DNA of 47,091 nucleotides from a virus (Duplodnaviria; Heunggongvirae; Uroviricota; Caudoviricetes): IMG/VR virus record IMGVR_UViG_2541047918_000004; one strand, 5' to 3'. Shown piece by piece: positions 39,389 to 47,091 of this stretch (position 1 is its first letter; each line of letters starts with the position of its first letter). The notes under the pieces were generated by a model. It saw only the letters and a program-made list of their open reading frames with translations, ran no database searches and was not told where the DNA came from. The position numbers and the translations under genes were made by a program.

Positions 39389-39571
39389 TCACGATTTCAA
39401 CGCAATGACCAGTTTTGCCAGCCCATACAGCATCGGGGACACAGCAACACCGACCGCCACCCACTTAATGGCAAAAGCCAGTGCTCTGCTGATGTCATCA
39501 GTTACAGGCGCTTTCAGTTCAAGGCCGTTTTTCATAGTCAACCTCAACAGAATTCGTTTATACTTTTCCAT
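39389..39571 (-). CDS. Small protein (60 aa) with C-terminal hydrophobic segment, unknown function
   Basis: ATG at 39571 preceded by an AGGGAGA ribosome-binding site; lies between the endolysin and Rz genes. Confidence 0.4.
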   Translation of the reverse strand: MEKYKRILLRLTMKNGLELKAPVTDDISRALAFAIKWVAVGVAVSPMLYGLAKLVIALKS

Positions 39572-39727
39572 GTTCTCCCTTGCCTTATCCAAGGTCAGAA
39601 ACACAAAACCCCGCTTGCAGCCAACAAACGGGGTTTTTACTTTTATTCACTTAGTTTTTGTCAGTTCGCAGGATTTCGTGTTATCCGTCCGTGTGAGCAA
39701 ACCGCATTTTTCAGCAAAATATTCTGC

Positions 39728-40261
39728 TTATCTGTCAATTCCCCAGCACGCCAGCGCGCTCTCCTGGTCACGCCGCGATACCTGCCCGTAACAGTTATTT
39801 GAGCGATTCCGACAGTCCCTGCCGCCGTCATATATCCATCGGCGGATTTCAGCACATGCACCTTTCCGGTCTCCGGCGTTCAGTTTCCGGTAAAACGTTG
39901 AGGTGAAGCATTTCGAAGGCCCGATGTTGTACGGACAGAATGACGCGATGCCCGCTTTCTGCGGTTCAGTCAGTGGCAATTTGATGTTTTTCTCCACCCA
40001 TGCCAGCGCCTTATCACGTTCAATGGCATTAACCTGAGCGCATTTTTCCTTCGACAACTTCATGCCCGGGACGACAGGTTTGCCATCCACCATGATGGCA
40101 CCACGGCAGATGGTCCAGATCCCCGCACCATCACGGTATGCCGTGGTGTGGTTACCTTCTTTTTCGTCAAGAAACTGGTCGAGGATTTCAGGCGCAGAAG
40201 CACCTGTGGCAATCAGCGCCAGAACGGCTACCGATAAACCATAGTGGAGTTTCCTGCTCAT
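39728..40261 (-). CDS. SAR endolysin (GH24 T4-lysozyme-like muramidase with N-terminal signal-anchor-release domain)
   Basis: N-terminal weakly hydrophobic Gly/Ala-rich segment (LSVAVLALIATGASA) followed by the catalytic E-x8-D-x5-T arrangement (EGNHTTAYRDGAGIWT); paired with a pinholin. Confidence 0.8.
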   Translation of the reverse strand: MSRKLHYGLSVAVLALIATGASAPEILDQFLDEKEGNHTTAYRDGAGIWTICRGAIMVDGKPVVPGMKLSKEKCAQVNAIERDKALAWVEKNIKLPLTEPQKAGIASFCPYNIGPSKCFTSTFYRKLNAGDRKGACAEIRRWIYDGGRDCRNRSNNCYGQVSRRDQESALACWGIDR

Positions 40262-40265
40262 CAGC

Positions 40266-40481
40266 TTACTCTCCCCGCGCAGCTTTGCGCCGGTCTTCTT
40301 TAATCTTGAAATACAGATTCGTCAGGTATGTCAGGAACCCCAGACACAGGCTCCCCAAAACCCCGATAGCAGCCCACTGTGACGGAGTAACCTGATCCAA
40401 CCACTGTAGAAACCAGTAACCCGCACTGCCCGCAGAAGTACCATAGGCTATGCCCGTTGATATTTTTTCCATCTGATACAT
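40266..40481 (-). CDS. S: Pinholin, phage-21 S-type, with dual-start (antiholin/holin) motif
   Basis: [71 protein letters not shown] is near-identical (from memory) to phage 21 S pinholin; two Met codons three residues apart give the classic dual start. Confidence 0.9.
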   Translation of the reverse strand: MYQMEKISTGIAYGTSAGSAGYWFLQWLDQVTPSQWAAIGVLGSLCLGFLTYLTNLYFKIKEDRRKAARGE

Positions 40482-40557
40482 ATCCCCGCCCCGACAGACC
40501 TGTGCTACCGGAAATAAAAAAGGCCATCAGTGTTTTACTGATGGCCCTGCCCCGCCG

Positions 40558-40848
40558 TTACAGCATTGTGCCCGGTTCGGGTTGTGTGTCTGTCATATCC
40601 GTCACCGGTGACTCCGGCTGAATATCACCATTTTCCGTGGTGACATCTTCCGCCTGTGGTTCCGGAAGCAGTTCCGGAGATGGTTCCGGCTGTGCACCAA
40701 GCAATTCATCCAGAATTGAATCCACTTCTGCATCAAGACGCTCTTCCAGATTCTGGCGGAGTTTTTGTTTCAGGACGCTTCTGACTTCTTCAGAGCGAAT
40801 GACTTCCTTCACTGCCTCAGCAGTGACCAGTTGTTTTATATCTGTCAT
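40558..40848 (-). CDS. Hypothetical acidic protein (96 aa)
   Basis: Track ORF 40558..41022 begins at a GTG and overlaps the upstream ORF; the ATG at 40848 (MTDIKQLVT...) with a weak ribosome-binding site is the more plausible start. Confidence 0.4.
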   Translation of the reverse strand: MTDIKQLVTAEAVKEVIRSEEVRSVLKQKLRQNLEERLDAEVDSILDELLGAQPEPSPELLPEPQAEDVTTENGDIQPESPVTDMTDTQPEPGTML

Positions 40849-40873
40849 GAGATTTTCTCGTTGAAAGGGGTTA

Positions 40874-41068
40874 TTAAGAAGGTTGTTCCGGAATGAGTGG
40901 GGCTTCTGTTTTTGCTCCGGCTGACTGAGTGGCGCTGATTTTCTCAGCGGCCCTTTTGTCAATCTGTCTGCGCCAGAAGTCGCGTACTGCCCTGTATCCA
41001 CCCGAAAGCAGATACAACACACAGACCACCGTACAGAAGTACAGCATTAACTGGTTGATGAATGTCAT
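40874..41068 (-). CDS. Small membrane protein (64 aa), unknown function
   Basis: ATG start; N-terminal transmembrane helix (LMLYFCTVVCVLYLLSGG) then a charged tail. Confidence 0.4.
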   Translation of the reverse strand: MTFINQLMLYFCTVVCVLYLLSGGYRAVRDFWRRQIDKRAAEKISATQSAGAKTEAPLIPEQPS

Positions 41069-41208
41069 GGTTTATTACCGTTACTGTTGACAATGAGAAC
41101 TGTTTTCATTTAGAAATGATTGATGTCGAAAGCATCCTTTCGTTAGATTCTCCATTGGGATTACCTCCGCCAGTCTCCATTCCTGTTGCTGGCGGTTTTT
41201 TTCGTCTG

Positions 41209-43182
41209 TTATGCTGCTACGGCATTCACACCAACAGTAAGACTTTCAATCAGCACAGGGTAAGTTGCCGCATTTCCGGTAATATCCGTAATTGCCAGCG
41301 CGTTGGCCTCAAAGGCTGCATTCGTCCATCTGGTCAGCGTAAACGGTTTTCCTGCTGCATTATCAAGCACCGGCGTGACGTTCAGCGAGCCACCACCCGG
41401 GAAGCGGAAAGTCAGCGTGTGCCAGTCGTGATCGAACGGACCATAACTACCAAGCCGCTGTGATGTGGTGTTTGCATGATACATCACATTGATGTTTGTT
41501 TTATCAGTCTGCAGATAGAAGGCCGCAATATAACCCTCCTCTGATTCCGCTCCCGGCCATCCACTACCGCGCCAGTAAATACCCGCAGAATATTGATTTG
41601 CAGAAGCATTGAGAGATACATCATCGGGGATTTTAAAGCGCAGCGTGATTTCACCGCCGTTATCGAACAGCTCCTTCCCCTTACCGGCATCAATTGCGTG
41701 CGATACTTTCCAGGTCTTTTTCTGTGCAAGACCATTTTCTGGTTTTTCAAGACGAAGGGCTTTTTTACCTGAACCACTGTCACTGACCAGCGTGTTTTTG
41801 ACATCTGTCAGCGTCCAGCCCTGCGAAGCCAGATCGGCATTTTCCGCATTCGCATCATAAGCCAGCACTGACTGTATCTTTGTCGGGACAACGGATTCAG
41901 GCTGAGTATCGCCACTCTCCTGTGCTGGTTGCGATACGCCTCCGCCTGAAGAAACCGCGGCTTTTGTCACTTTCCCGGAAACAAAATCTGCCACTCTGCC
42001 CACATGCAGAAGAATGGCTGTTGCCAGACGGTCGGAAATAATTCCGCGACGCGCCCATGAACCAAAGTGGGTTTTACGATCGGATGTTGTCCAGCTCTTC
42101 GCATCCGTTCGTCCACCGGAACCATAATACCCGATAGCCGGAATATCCGGGTCTTCTGACGGTTCATTGGTCCCGACTTTCTGACCATTGTCATCCATCA
42201 TAAACGGCACAAAGAAGATATTTTTACCGGCTTTGGTTTTGTATGCGCCATAGACGGCATCGTATTGCGCTGAATACGTCTCCTTCCAGTAGTACGTCGT
42301 GTCACCACAAATCCAGGGCACCAGAGAAGGAGAAGCACCAGCGCACTGACCGGATACTCCCGCCAGGTCAGAACGGTATTTTTCCACCATGGCATCAAAC
42401 ATGGCGGGCTGACTGGCGTACGCTCCCTGTTTTAAATCAAACTCGCCCTGCATCCAGACAACACAAAGCAGTATGTTTTTGGGGTTTGCCTTCAGCGCGG
42501 CCTGAGTGCGTGTCAGCAGGTCTTTATACAACGGCTTATCAACGCCCCATCGTTCAGATTTATCCGACGCTCCTGAACTTTCACTGAACGTTCCGTCAGC
42601 ACCGGCTGTAAACGCAGAGCCACCACGACAGCACGGCACTAACAAAATACCCGCATTTTCCGGCATAAAGGGCAACAGCTTTTTGGCAATATGCAATCCC
42701 TGTCCGACACACCCATACTGCTCTGCGCTGGCTTTCGGATGAGAAAAACGGCTCAAATCCTGCACATCATGCAGGCAGTGGTCCGCCGGAATGATGTCGT
42801 TATATGCACAGGCCGCACCACCCGGTGTCACCGTACTGCGACGCGCCAGCTGTTTAATACGCGGGTCCGGACGGTCATATGTCTCCGGCAGCGGCAGGCC
42901 TTCACCATACGCCATGCCGTTTGACTGTCCGGCCAGCGCAATGACAAAGTAATATTCTGGTTCAACAACAACAGTCCGGGTACCATCTCCCCCCGGTGAA
43001 ACTACCGGAGAGGTCATATCCCCTTCAGCGACTATAGCCTGGATAAATTCAGCACCATAACCCGCGCTTGAGATAATCGGACTACCATAGGGTTGCCAGC
43101 CTTCCTTCAGTTTTTGCGTCAGTTTTCCTGCGAGGTCTGACGGCGATGATGCCCTGACCACGTCATAGTGTTTAAATGCCAT
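41209..43182 (-). CDS. nanS: Prophage sialate O-acetylesterase (NanS-p-like; SGNH/SASA esterase with C-terminal carbohydrate-binding region)
   Basis: 657 aa; GQSN block (ALAGQSNGMAYGEG) characteristic of SGNH sialate O-acetylesterases; size and position immediately upstream of the lysis cassette match nanS-p genes of Stx prophages. Not a catalytic assay. Confidence 0.7.
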   Translation of the reverse strand: MAFKHYDVVRASSPSDLAGKLTQKLKEGWQPYGSPIISSAGYGAEFIQAIVAEGDMTSPVVSPGGDGTRTVVVEPEYYFVIALAGQSNGMAYGEGLPLPETYDRPDPRIKQLARRSTVTPGGAACAYNDIIPADHCLHDVQDLSRFSHPKASAEQYGCVGQGLHIAKKLLPFMPENAGILLVPCCRGGSAFTAGADGTFSESSGASDKSERWGVDKPLYKDLLTRTQAALKANPKNILLCVVWMQGEFDLKQGAYASQPAMFDAMVEKYRSDLAGVSGQCAGASPSLVPWICGDTTYYWKETYSAQYDAVYGAYKTKAGKNIFFVPFMMDDNGQKVGTNEPSEDPDIPAIGYYGSGGRTDAKSWTTSDRKTHFGSWARRGIISDRLATAILLHVGRVADFVSGKVTKAAVSSGGGVSQPAQESGDTQPESVVPTKIQSVLAYDANAENADLASQGWTLTDVKNTLVSDSGSGKKALRLEKPENGLAQKKTWKVSHAIDAGKGKELFDNGGEITLRFKIPDDVSLNASANQYSAGIYWRGSGWPGAESEEGYIAAFYLQTDKTNINVMYHANTTSQRLGSYGPFDHDWHTLTFRFPGGGSLNVTPVLDNAAGKPFTLTRWTNAAFEANALAITDITGNAATYPVLIESLTVGVNAVAA

Positions 43183-43359
43183 GAATCCTCCCGGCCGGGA
43201 TAGTGGGTTGAATCAGATAAGGACTGACTGAAGTCTGAAAATACAAAAGACAACTGCCAGTAAAAACGAAAAGGCCGCGCAGTTGCGCAGTCTCATCACC
43301 ATCGGGTATTATTCACACGGTGAATAATCGAAACTCACTTTCTTTGTTTTATTCCTTGC

Positions 43360-43388
43360 CGCTCGCGCCTCCCGGCGCGGGCTTTTTT
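43360..43388 (+). terminator. Intrinsic terminator (plus-strand orientation), half of a back-to-back pair
   Basis: cgcgcc-tccc-ggcgcg hairpin followed by TTTTTTT on the plus strand. Confidence 0.45.
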
Positions 43389-43394
43389 TGCATG

Positions 43395-43419
43395 TAAAAA
43401 GGCCCCTGCGATGAGGGGC
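43395..43419 (-). terminator. Intrinsic terminator (minus-strand orientation), possible tR'-like terminator
   Basis: Minus-strand hairpin ggcccct-catcgc-aggggcc followed by TTTTT. Confidence 0.45.
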
Positions 43420-43703
43420 CTGAGAGTATTACCTGGTTTCAGTTAACTGCATAGTGCCGGGTGCCTCCCGGTGAGTTCAGCCCGGTGCCACCGAACCCGC
43501 GTCTTTCACATTGCCTGTGACATTAAAAATGCCAGCCCGCACCAGCCGCCCCGCCGCTGAGGGGGATTCACCATGCGTTGCGATTTTTAACAAATTCTCC
43601 GTCAGTCAGACAATCATCAACTTGCTGAATTGTGAGGTATTTAAAAATTTCCCCGATTAACTGATACCCTGCTAATCACCTGTTGTTTTCTTTTTCAGCA
43701 ACA

Positions 43704-43725
43704 AAAAAGCCCGCTCATCGGCGGA
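43704..43725 (-). terminator. Weak intrinsic terminator downstream of the RM specificity gene
   Basis: Short minus-strand hairpin ccgcc-gatga-gcggg followed by TTTTTT, about 70 nt after the stop at 43793. Confidence 0.3.
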
Positions 43726-43792
43726 TTCGGCTGCGTGGCAATGTAACCATTCTTATCATGATATGAGGATTTTTACGATTGTAAAATGTTTT

Positions 43793-44887
43793 TTAACTGA
43801 CACCAGAATCATCATAACCGCGACTTGTTATAGCTTGCCTGTATGCGTTCATTTTGCGTTCTGCGTACTGGACAACATCTTTAATGACAAGCTTATGAAC
43901 AACTGAAATAAGGTCATTTATATAACAAAAGTCAGGTGACTTATTTTTCACTGGCAACCAAATAACATCGTCCTTAATTTTTCTATTACTAACACTATCC
44001 CCCCATGAATATTTATGTGAAATAGACCTATAAATACATGAAATAATGCCCAAATAAGCAAACTTTGTCCTTCCATCCTCATTGTTAACATAGAGTCGCA
44101 AATTATGACTGTCGTTTGAAAAAAAGTCTCGCTCCTGATAAGTTACAACGAATGTCTTACCACCAATAAAAATACAGTTCCCTTTTTCCAAGAGTGAGTC
44201 ATCATAGGCGATATAAGAACTAACAGAGTTATTATCACGGCTAGCACAAAGATAAGGAACATCCCCACTATTTTCTATGATGTCTCTAGACAATATGTTT
44301 CCTGTATTGCACACTGAGAATAACTCAGTAACAGGAAAGCCTGAAAATTCAATATTTTTAAAATGTTCCAGGATAAGATAATCTTTTTCCGTTAGTTGGT
44401 AATCACTCAGCCCAGCAGCTATCAGGTATGCTTCCAGCTCTTCTATATGGGCCGCTTCCAGCTCTTCTATATAATTATCCATAAAAAACCAGTCAATTTC
44501 ATTATTTTTCACTGGTAATGAGATGAAATATTCTCCATCTCTGAGTTTGGAACTCGATAACTGTTGACCATAATTAAAACGCCCCTTTAAAGCTTTATTA
44601 ATCATACTGGCAACATACAGTCCGCGCTTTGCATTAAAGTCGGACTTACTTGATTTTAATGTAAGAACATGCACCTTCATTTCTACGCTGGCACAATAAG
44701 GATGATAAAAAGCATCTCCAAAAAAATTAACGCTTATAAAATTTTCATAATGCCTTGCATCATCCATAAACTCGGTATCAAACTCTCCGATGATACCGTT
44801 TTGATCGCTCTTTGCTGAAACACGTTTGATTTTGCCTGGTTTTAATCTTCCTGAGGAGATAAGCGAGCCTGTGCTCACATAGAACAA
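43793..44887 (-). CDS. Restriction-modification specificity (target-recognition) subunit, BcgI-B/HsdS-like
   Basis: 364-aa AT-rich ORF 60 nt downstream of the methyltransferase gene; central tandem 8-aa repeat (IEELEAAH-IEELEAYL) reminiscent of central conserved repeats of HsdS-type subunits; size close to BcgI B subunit. Assignment is by context and architecture. Confidence 0.5.
   Translation of the reverse strand: MFYVSTGSLISSGRLKPGKIKRVSAKSDQNGIIGEFDTEFMDDARHYENFISVNFFGDAFYHPYCASVEMKVHVLTLKSSKSDFNAKRGLYVASMINKALKGRFNYGQQLSSSKLRDGEYFISLPVKNNEIDWFFMDNYIEELEAAHIEELEAYLIAAGLSDYQLTEKDYLILEHFKNIEFSGFPVTELFSVCNTGNILSRDIIENSGDVPYLCASRDNNSVSSYIAYDDSLLEKGNCIFIGGKTFVVTYQERDFFSNDSHNLRLYVNNEDGRTKFAYLGIISCIYRSISHKYSWGDSVSNRKIKDDVIWLPVKNKSPDFCYINDLISVVHKLVIKDVVQYAERKMNAYRQAITSRGYDDSGVS
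44431..44472. repeat. In-frame 18-bp exact duplication at 24-bp period inside the specificity gene
   Basis: cttccagctcttctatat occurs at 44431..44448 and 44455..44472. Confidence 0.8.
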
Positions 44888-44946
44888 ATCGCCAATCCTG
44901 AACTCTCCCCACTCAACGCTTCTTAATTTATCGCTGAGCGGGGAAT

Positions 44947-46908
44947 TTACTTTCCCGCAAAATTGTTTTCACCTTGTTTTTTCAGTAATTGCGAGACCTC
45001 CCATGCAAGGTAATCACCTACCGTCTTTTTGAAATCCTCCAGCGTTGGCCTAGCATCTACTGGCCTGGTCTGATTCCAGTCCTCACCACTATCAGGATCG
45101 ATTGTTCCCTCAAAATATTCATCCTCCGTAAAGATATTAAGGCAACCTTTCCCGAAGTGAACCAGATCCACAACCTCCTGATAACGCTCTTTTGCACGAT
45201 CGGCATCAACAAGATTGTTTCTTGCCTTTTTGCGATTAGAGCGAGCGTAGCCGTCATTGGAAAAGTCGATAAACTTAACAGCCTGTTTCGCGTTATGCGG
45301 AATTTTTACCTGAAAAACGTAAATGTACGTCTGAACGCTTGATTTACCAATAAACAGATCCGCAGGCATTTTGATGCTTGCCAGCAAGGTATTTTCCTTG
45401 AGTATTTTTTTGTTGTACTCCGTAGCCTTTCCTGTGCCAGCTGAACTCTGGATAATCACTGCAGCATAGCCTTTATCCATCATCGACAGCGCCTTCTGCA
45501 CGAAAATCATGCCGTTACCTTTAGCTGAATACGGAGGATTGAGAATAAATGCGTCCGCAGGGAATTTTTCTCCTGTTTTCCCAAATCCATACTTGCCGTC
45601 AAAATCGGCCAGCGAGTCTTTATTGAGGATATTCGAGCTACCATCCCCCATCAAAATCATATTCAGGATGGCCAGCATATAAATACTGGATAACACCTCA
45701 AGGCCAAGAAGCTGTTCAGCCTTGATTTGCGCTTCCTTAAGTTGTAGTTCGTTCGGTGAGTGAATATTTTCTCTGGCGTCAATGAGCATTTCATTCATTG
45801 CAGCCACAAGCAATCCCGCAGAACCTGTAGCAAAATCCCACACATAGGAATCTTTGTTTACTCTGGCGAGTCGTGCCAGCAATGTGGCAACATAAGGTGG
45901 TGTCAGAACGACGTCATTGAGCTTGTCCTGCGTAAATCCAAGCCAGCGATACATCTCATTAAACAGTTTGCCCGTAAAATCGGTGGTCAGTCCAATTTTG
46001 TAATACTCCCCAAGATCATCAACAACTTTAACAAACACGCGCTTTAACTGGCTTTCACCGTTGACTGGTTTGTTAATGTTTTCAGTCCACAGCGTATTTT
46101 GCAACGAGCGCAAAATCATTTCTCTTTTTGTTTCAGGAACAGCTTTCAGCCTTAAAAAATTCCTTATTTTCCTGAAAATAATATCACCATCACGCAAGTC
46201 CTCCTCCGTTGAAGAGGTCAGTTCTTTTTTATCCAGCGGTGCTAACTTTCCCGGAATCCCCAACGTTGCAATAACGGTAGCCACAACAAGGTAAACACGA
46301 TCGCTTTCACCAAGCCCCTTTTCATTCTGGTAAATATCGTTATTCAGACGGGAAAGTCGCGTGTCTATCTCTTCCTCTTTGCTGGCCTTGATTTTTTCCA
46401 GTTCTTCGGGAGGAAGATTAAGCAGCTTTATCTTGTTGAGAAATCCATCAACATTTTTGTCAGCAAGGAACGATAAGTCGGTGAATTCACCAACCTTCTG
46501 TCCGGCTCCTAAATTATTCTTTGATACGTACCACACGCCGATTTCATGATGCAGTTCGCCTGTATCATCATCGCGCCAGCCGGTCATACCAATAGCAATA
46601 ATATCAGGGTAATTGGTGAACTGAAGAAGTGCGTTGGCATAATGGACTGCGCCATTCACCGCGTATCCATTAATATTTTTAAAATTCCATTCTTTTCTGG
46701 CATCTTTGTTCTCAATAATACCGTTGCTGCCAAGTCTGATAAGCCTGTCCTTGTAGCCTTTATACTCGATGAGAACGGGATACTGCTTGCCGTATTTGTC
46801 CTTAACAAGGAGTTTTACGTCGGGACGATTACCGCCTGCGCCGCCATTTTTCGAAAAATAAGCGTCCAGTGCGTTATCGATCTCTCCGTTAAGTGATGCA
46901 TTCTGCAA
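44947..46908 (-). CDS. Fused restriction endonuclease / N6-adenine DNA methyltransferase (Type IIB BcgI-A-like, or Type IIG-like); 5' end probably lies beyond the window
   Basis: Gamma-class methyltransferase motifs: motif X/I ...VLTPPYVATLLARL...DFATGSAGLL and motif IV FILNPPYSAKG. N-terminal PD-(D/E)xK-like motif RPDVKLLVKDKYGKQYPVLIEYKGY. The track start is a TTG with no ribosome-binding site, and the frame remains open upstream through the heptanucleotide repeat to the window edge. Confidence 0.65.
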   Translation of the reverse strand: MQNASLNGEIDNALDAYFSKNGGAGGNRPDVKLLVKDKYGKQYPVLIEYKGYKDRLIRLGSNGIIENKDARKEWNFKNINGYAVNGAVHYANALLQFTNYPDIIAIGMTGWRDDDTGELHHEIGVWYVSKNNLGAGQKVGEFTDLSFLADKNVDGFLNKIKLLNLPPEELEKIKASKEEEIDTRLSRLNNDIYQNEKGLGESDRVYLVVATVIATLGIPGKLAPLDKKELTSSTEEDLRDGDIIFRKIRNFLRLKAVPETKREMILRSLQNTLWTENINKPVNGESQLKRVFVKVVDDLGEYYKIGLTTDFTGKLFNEMYRWLGFTQDKLNDVVLTPPYVATLLARLARVNKDSYVWDFATGSAGLLVAAMNEMLIDARENIHSPNELQLKEAQIKAEQLLGLEVLSSIYMLAILNMILMGDGSSNILNKDSLADFDGKYGFGKTGEKFPADAFILNPPYSAKGNGMIFVQKALSMMDKGYAAVIIQSSAGTGKATEYNKKILKENTLLASIKMPADLFIGKSSVQTYIYVFQVKIPHNAKQAVKFIDFSNDGYARSNRKKARNNLVDADRAKERYQEVVDLVHFGKGCLNIFTEDEYFEGTIDPDSGEDWNQTRPVDARPTLEDFKKTVGDYLAWEVSQLLKKQGENNFAGK

Positions 46909-46998
46909 CTTGTAATCAAGCCTGTAAGATTTAAGCCATGAGTTCGCCAGTTCGGTAATTTCCGGCTCAACAGATTTTACAGACTTTCTTGATTTACT

Positions 46999-47091
46999 GC
47001 TGGTCGCTGGTCGCTGGTCGCTGGTCGCTGGTCGCTGGTCGCTGGTCGCTGGTCGCTGGTCGCTGGTCGCTGGTCGCTGGTCGCTGGTCGC
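46999..47091. repeat. Heptanucleotide simple-sequence repeat (GCTGGTC)n, 13 or more copies, continuing past the window edge
   Basis: Read directly: 93 nt of perfect 7-bp repeats to the last base of the window. On the minus strand it lies in the open frame upstream of the RM gene and contains no stop codon in any frame. Confidence 0.95.

Noticed and set aside
40558-41022. 154-aa ORF starting at GTG 41022
   Set aside because: Overlaps the ATG-initiated 64-aa ORF 40874..41068 in another frame; the ATG at 40848 gives a non-overlapping 96-aa gene and is preferred.
43183-43792. Possible stx or tRNA genes between the RM module and nanS
   Set aside because: No ORF of StxA or StxB size and no tRNA T-loop/acceptor-like sequence was found by eye; a covariance-model scan would be needed to fully exclude a tRNA.
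44947-46908. Type I HsdM as the alternative identity for the methyltransferase-containing protein
   Set aside because: Not fully rejected. Size (at least 653 aa), the N-terminal PD-(D/E)xK-like motif and absence of hsdR between it and the specificity gene favour a BcgI-like fused enzyme, but an hsdR upstream of the window would change the call.
1-47091. CRISPR arrays, integrase, transposase or IS elements
   Set aside because: No spaced direct-repeat array, no integrase or transposase-like ORF and no terminal inverted repeats of an IS were seen; the only tandem and direct repeats are those listed as features.

Overview
This window reads as the late (lysis and morphogenesis) region of a short-tailed lambdoid prophage, 933W/Stx-phage-like in gene order but without stx, with almost every gene on the minus strand. 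Calls rest on manual reading of the six-frame track and the DNA; no searches were run, so product names are motif- and memory-based. From high to low coordinate: (1) an AT-rich two-gene restriction-modification module (fused nuclease/N6-adenine methyltransferase plus specificity subunit, BcgI-like) whose reading frame stays open upstream through a heptanucleotide tandem repeat that runs off the window edge; (2) a structured non-coding region with back-to-back intrinsic terminators; (3) a NanS-p-like sialate O-acetylesterase; (4) a lysis cassette (dual-start S21-type pinholin, SAR endolysin, two small membrane proteins, Rz with embedded Rz1); (5) a Rha-family regulator; (6) terminase small and large subunits, portal, scaffold, coat and four small head/tail completion genes; (7) a collagen-like tail fibre and putative chaperone; (8) a moron cassette of an Eib-like trimeric autotransporter, a LuxR-type regulator and a 42-aa hydrophobic peptide; (9) tail-tip genes including a lambda-J C-terminal homologue; (10) a Lom-family outer-membrane protein; (11) a six-gene operon ending in a 2788-aa giant protein with two HExxH motifs; (12) a second, diverged copy of the autotransporter/regulator/peptide cassette; (13) a SPATE-class serine protease autotransporter. 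No tRNA, CRISPR array, integrase, transposase or stx gene was recognised. The items I would look at first are the repeat tract at the 5' end of the RM gene, the giant protein operon, and the duplicated adhesin cassette.
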